From the NCBI RefSeq assembly GCF_006345805.1, contig NW_021828713.1, forward strand, positions 1-7,890: DNA of 7,890 bases. Reading direction: 5' to 3'. Positions 7,600 through 7,890 of this stretch are shown in pieces (the stretch's first letter is position 1; every line of letters starts with the position of its first letter). Origin of the DNA: Octopus sinensis (Eukaryota). The notes under the pieces are model-generated. The model ran no database searches. It was not told the DNA's origin and saw only the letters and a program-made list of their open reading frames with translations. A program made the translations under genes and the position numbers.

Positions 7600-7810
7600 T
7601 GGTTCTCCGTCGGTTTCGACGATGACTATATAGTTGTTCAACTAACTGAACAAATTGCTCTTTAGAATCAGTGCCACAATTCATAACACGATTACACCTT
7701 TGATTTACAGGTACATTCTATCCTATGGGCTTCCATACAGTTTCCGTTTACCCATTTTAATTCCCATGACTTCAGTCAACGCGACGTTATGGTAAAAGGG
7801 ACTGAAACAA
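7600..7810 (-). mobile_element. Decayed, internally deleted SINE-like fragment
   Basis: CTCCGTCGGTTTCGACGATGA (~7605-7625), CCTTTGATTTACAGGTACA and ATGGGCTTCCATACAGTTTCCGTTTACC (~7725-7752) resemble the reverse complement of recalled octopus SINE blocks. One block is shared with 6190-6365. Confidence 0.45.
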
Positions 7811-7890
7811 GATGTCACTGTGCTAATTGACACGTGCACGAGATGCTTAGGAAGTATCTTTTATAAGAAAATCACGATCTTCGAGCCTAT

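Overview
Gene-poor, AT-rich eukaryotic DNA made almost entirely of transposon remnants and microsatellites. No host gene, rRNA, tRNA or CRISPR array is supportable. The SINE-like fragments and dense GATA/GACA/GT/AT repeats resemble octopus repeats as I recall them; this is not database-verified. In order: (1) an internally deleted Tc1/mariner-superfamily (maT/DD37D-like) transposon with both TIRs, ~1-853 (+); (2) a compound GA/GACA/GATA array; (3) a short 3'-end-only copy of an L1/Tx1-clade LINE, 1022-1286 (-); (4) a (GATA)14 array; (5) a 5'-truncated ~2.9 kb L1/Tx1-clade LINE, 1350-4288 (-), with RT (YADD), CCHC knuckle and 3' UTR; (6) a second compound array that starts with the same landmarks as the left array; (7) GT/AT tracts and three decayed SINE-like fragments; (8) a decayed 3' fragment of an RLE-type (R4/Dong-like) LINE with a TAA tail, ~6425-6893 (+). 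The most interesting signal is a candidate (GATA)n-targeting or (TATC)n-tailed Tx1-like LINE. It has two divergent 3' ends stacked in one GATA tract, no poly(A) tail, a conserved 3'-UTR hairpin and a possible unusually long target-site duplication. Its ORF2 is broken almost only by 1-2 bp indels, so it may be young and partly mis-sequenced.
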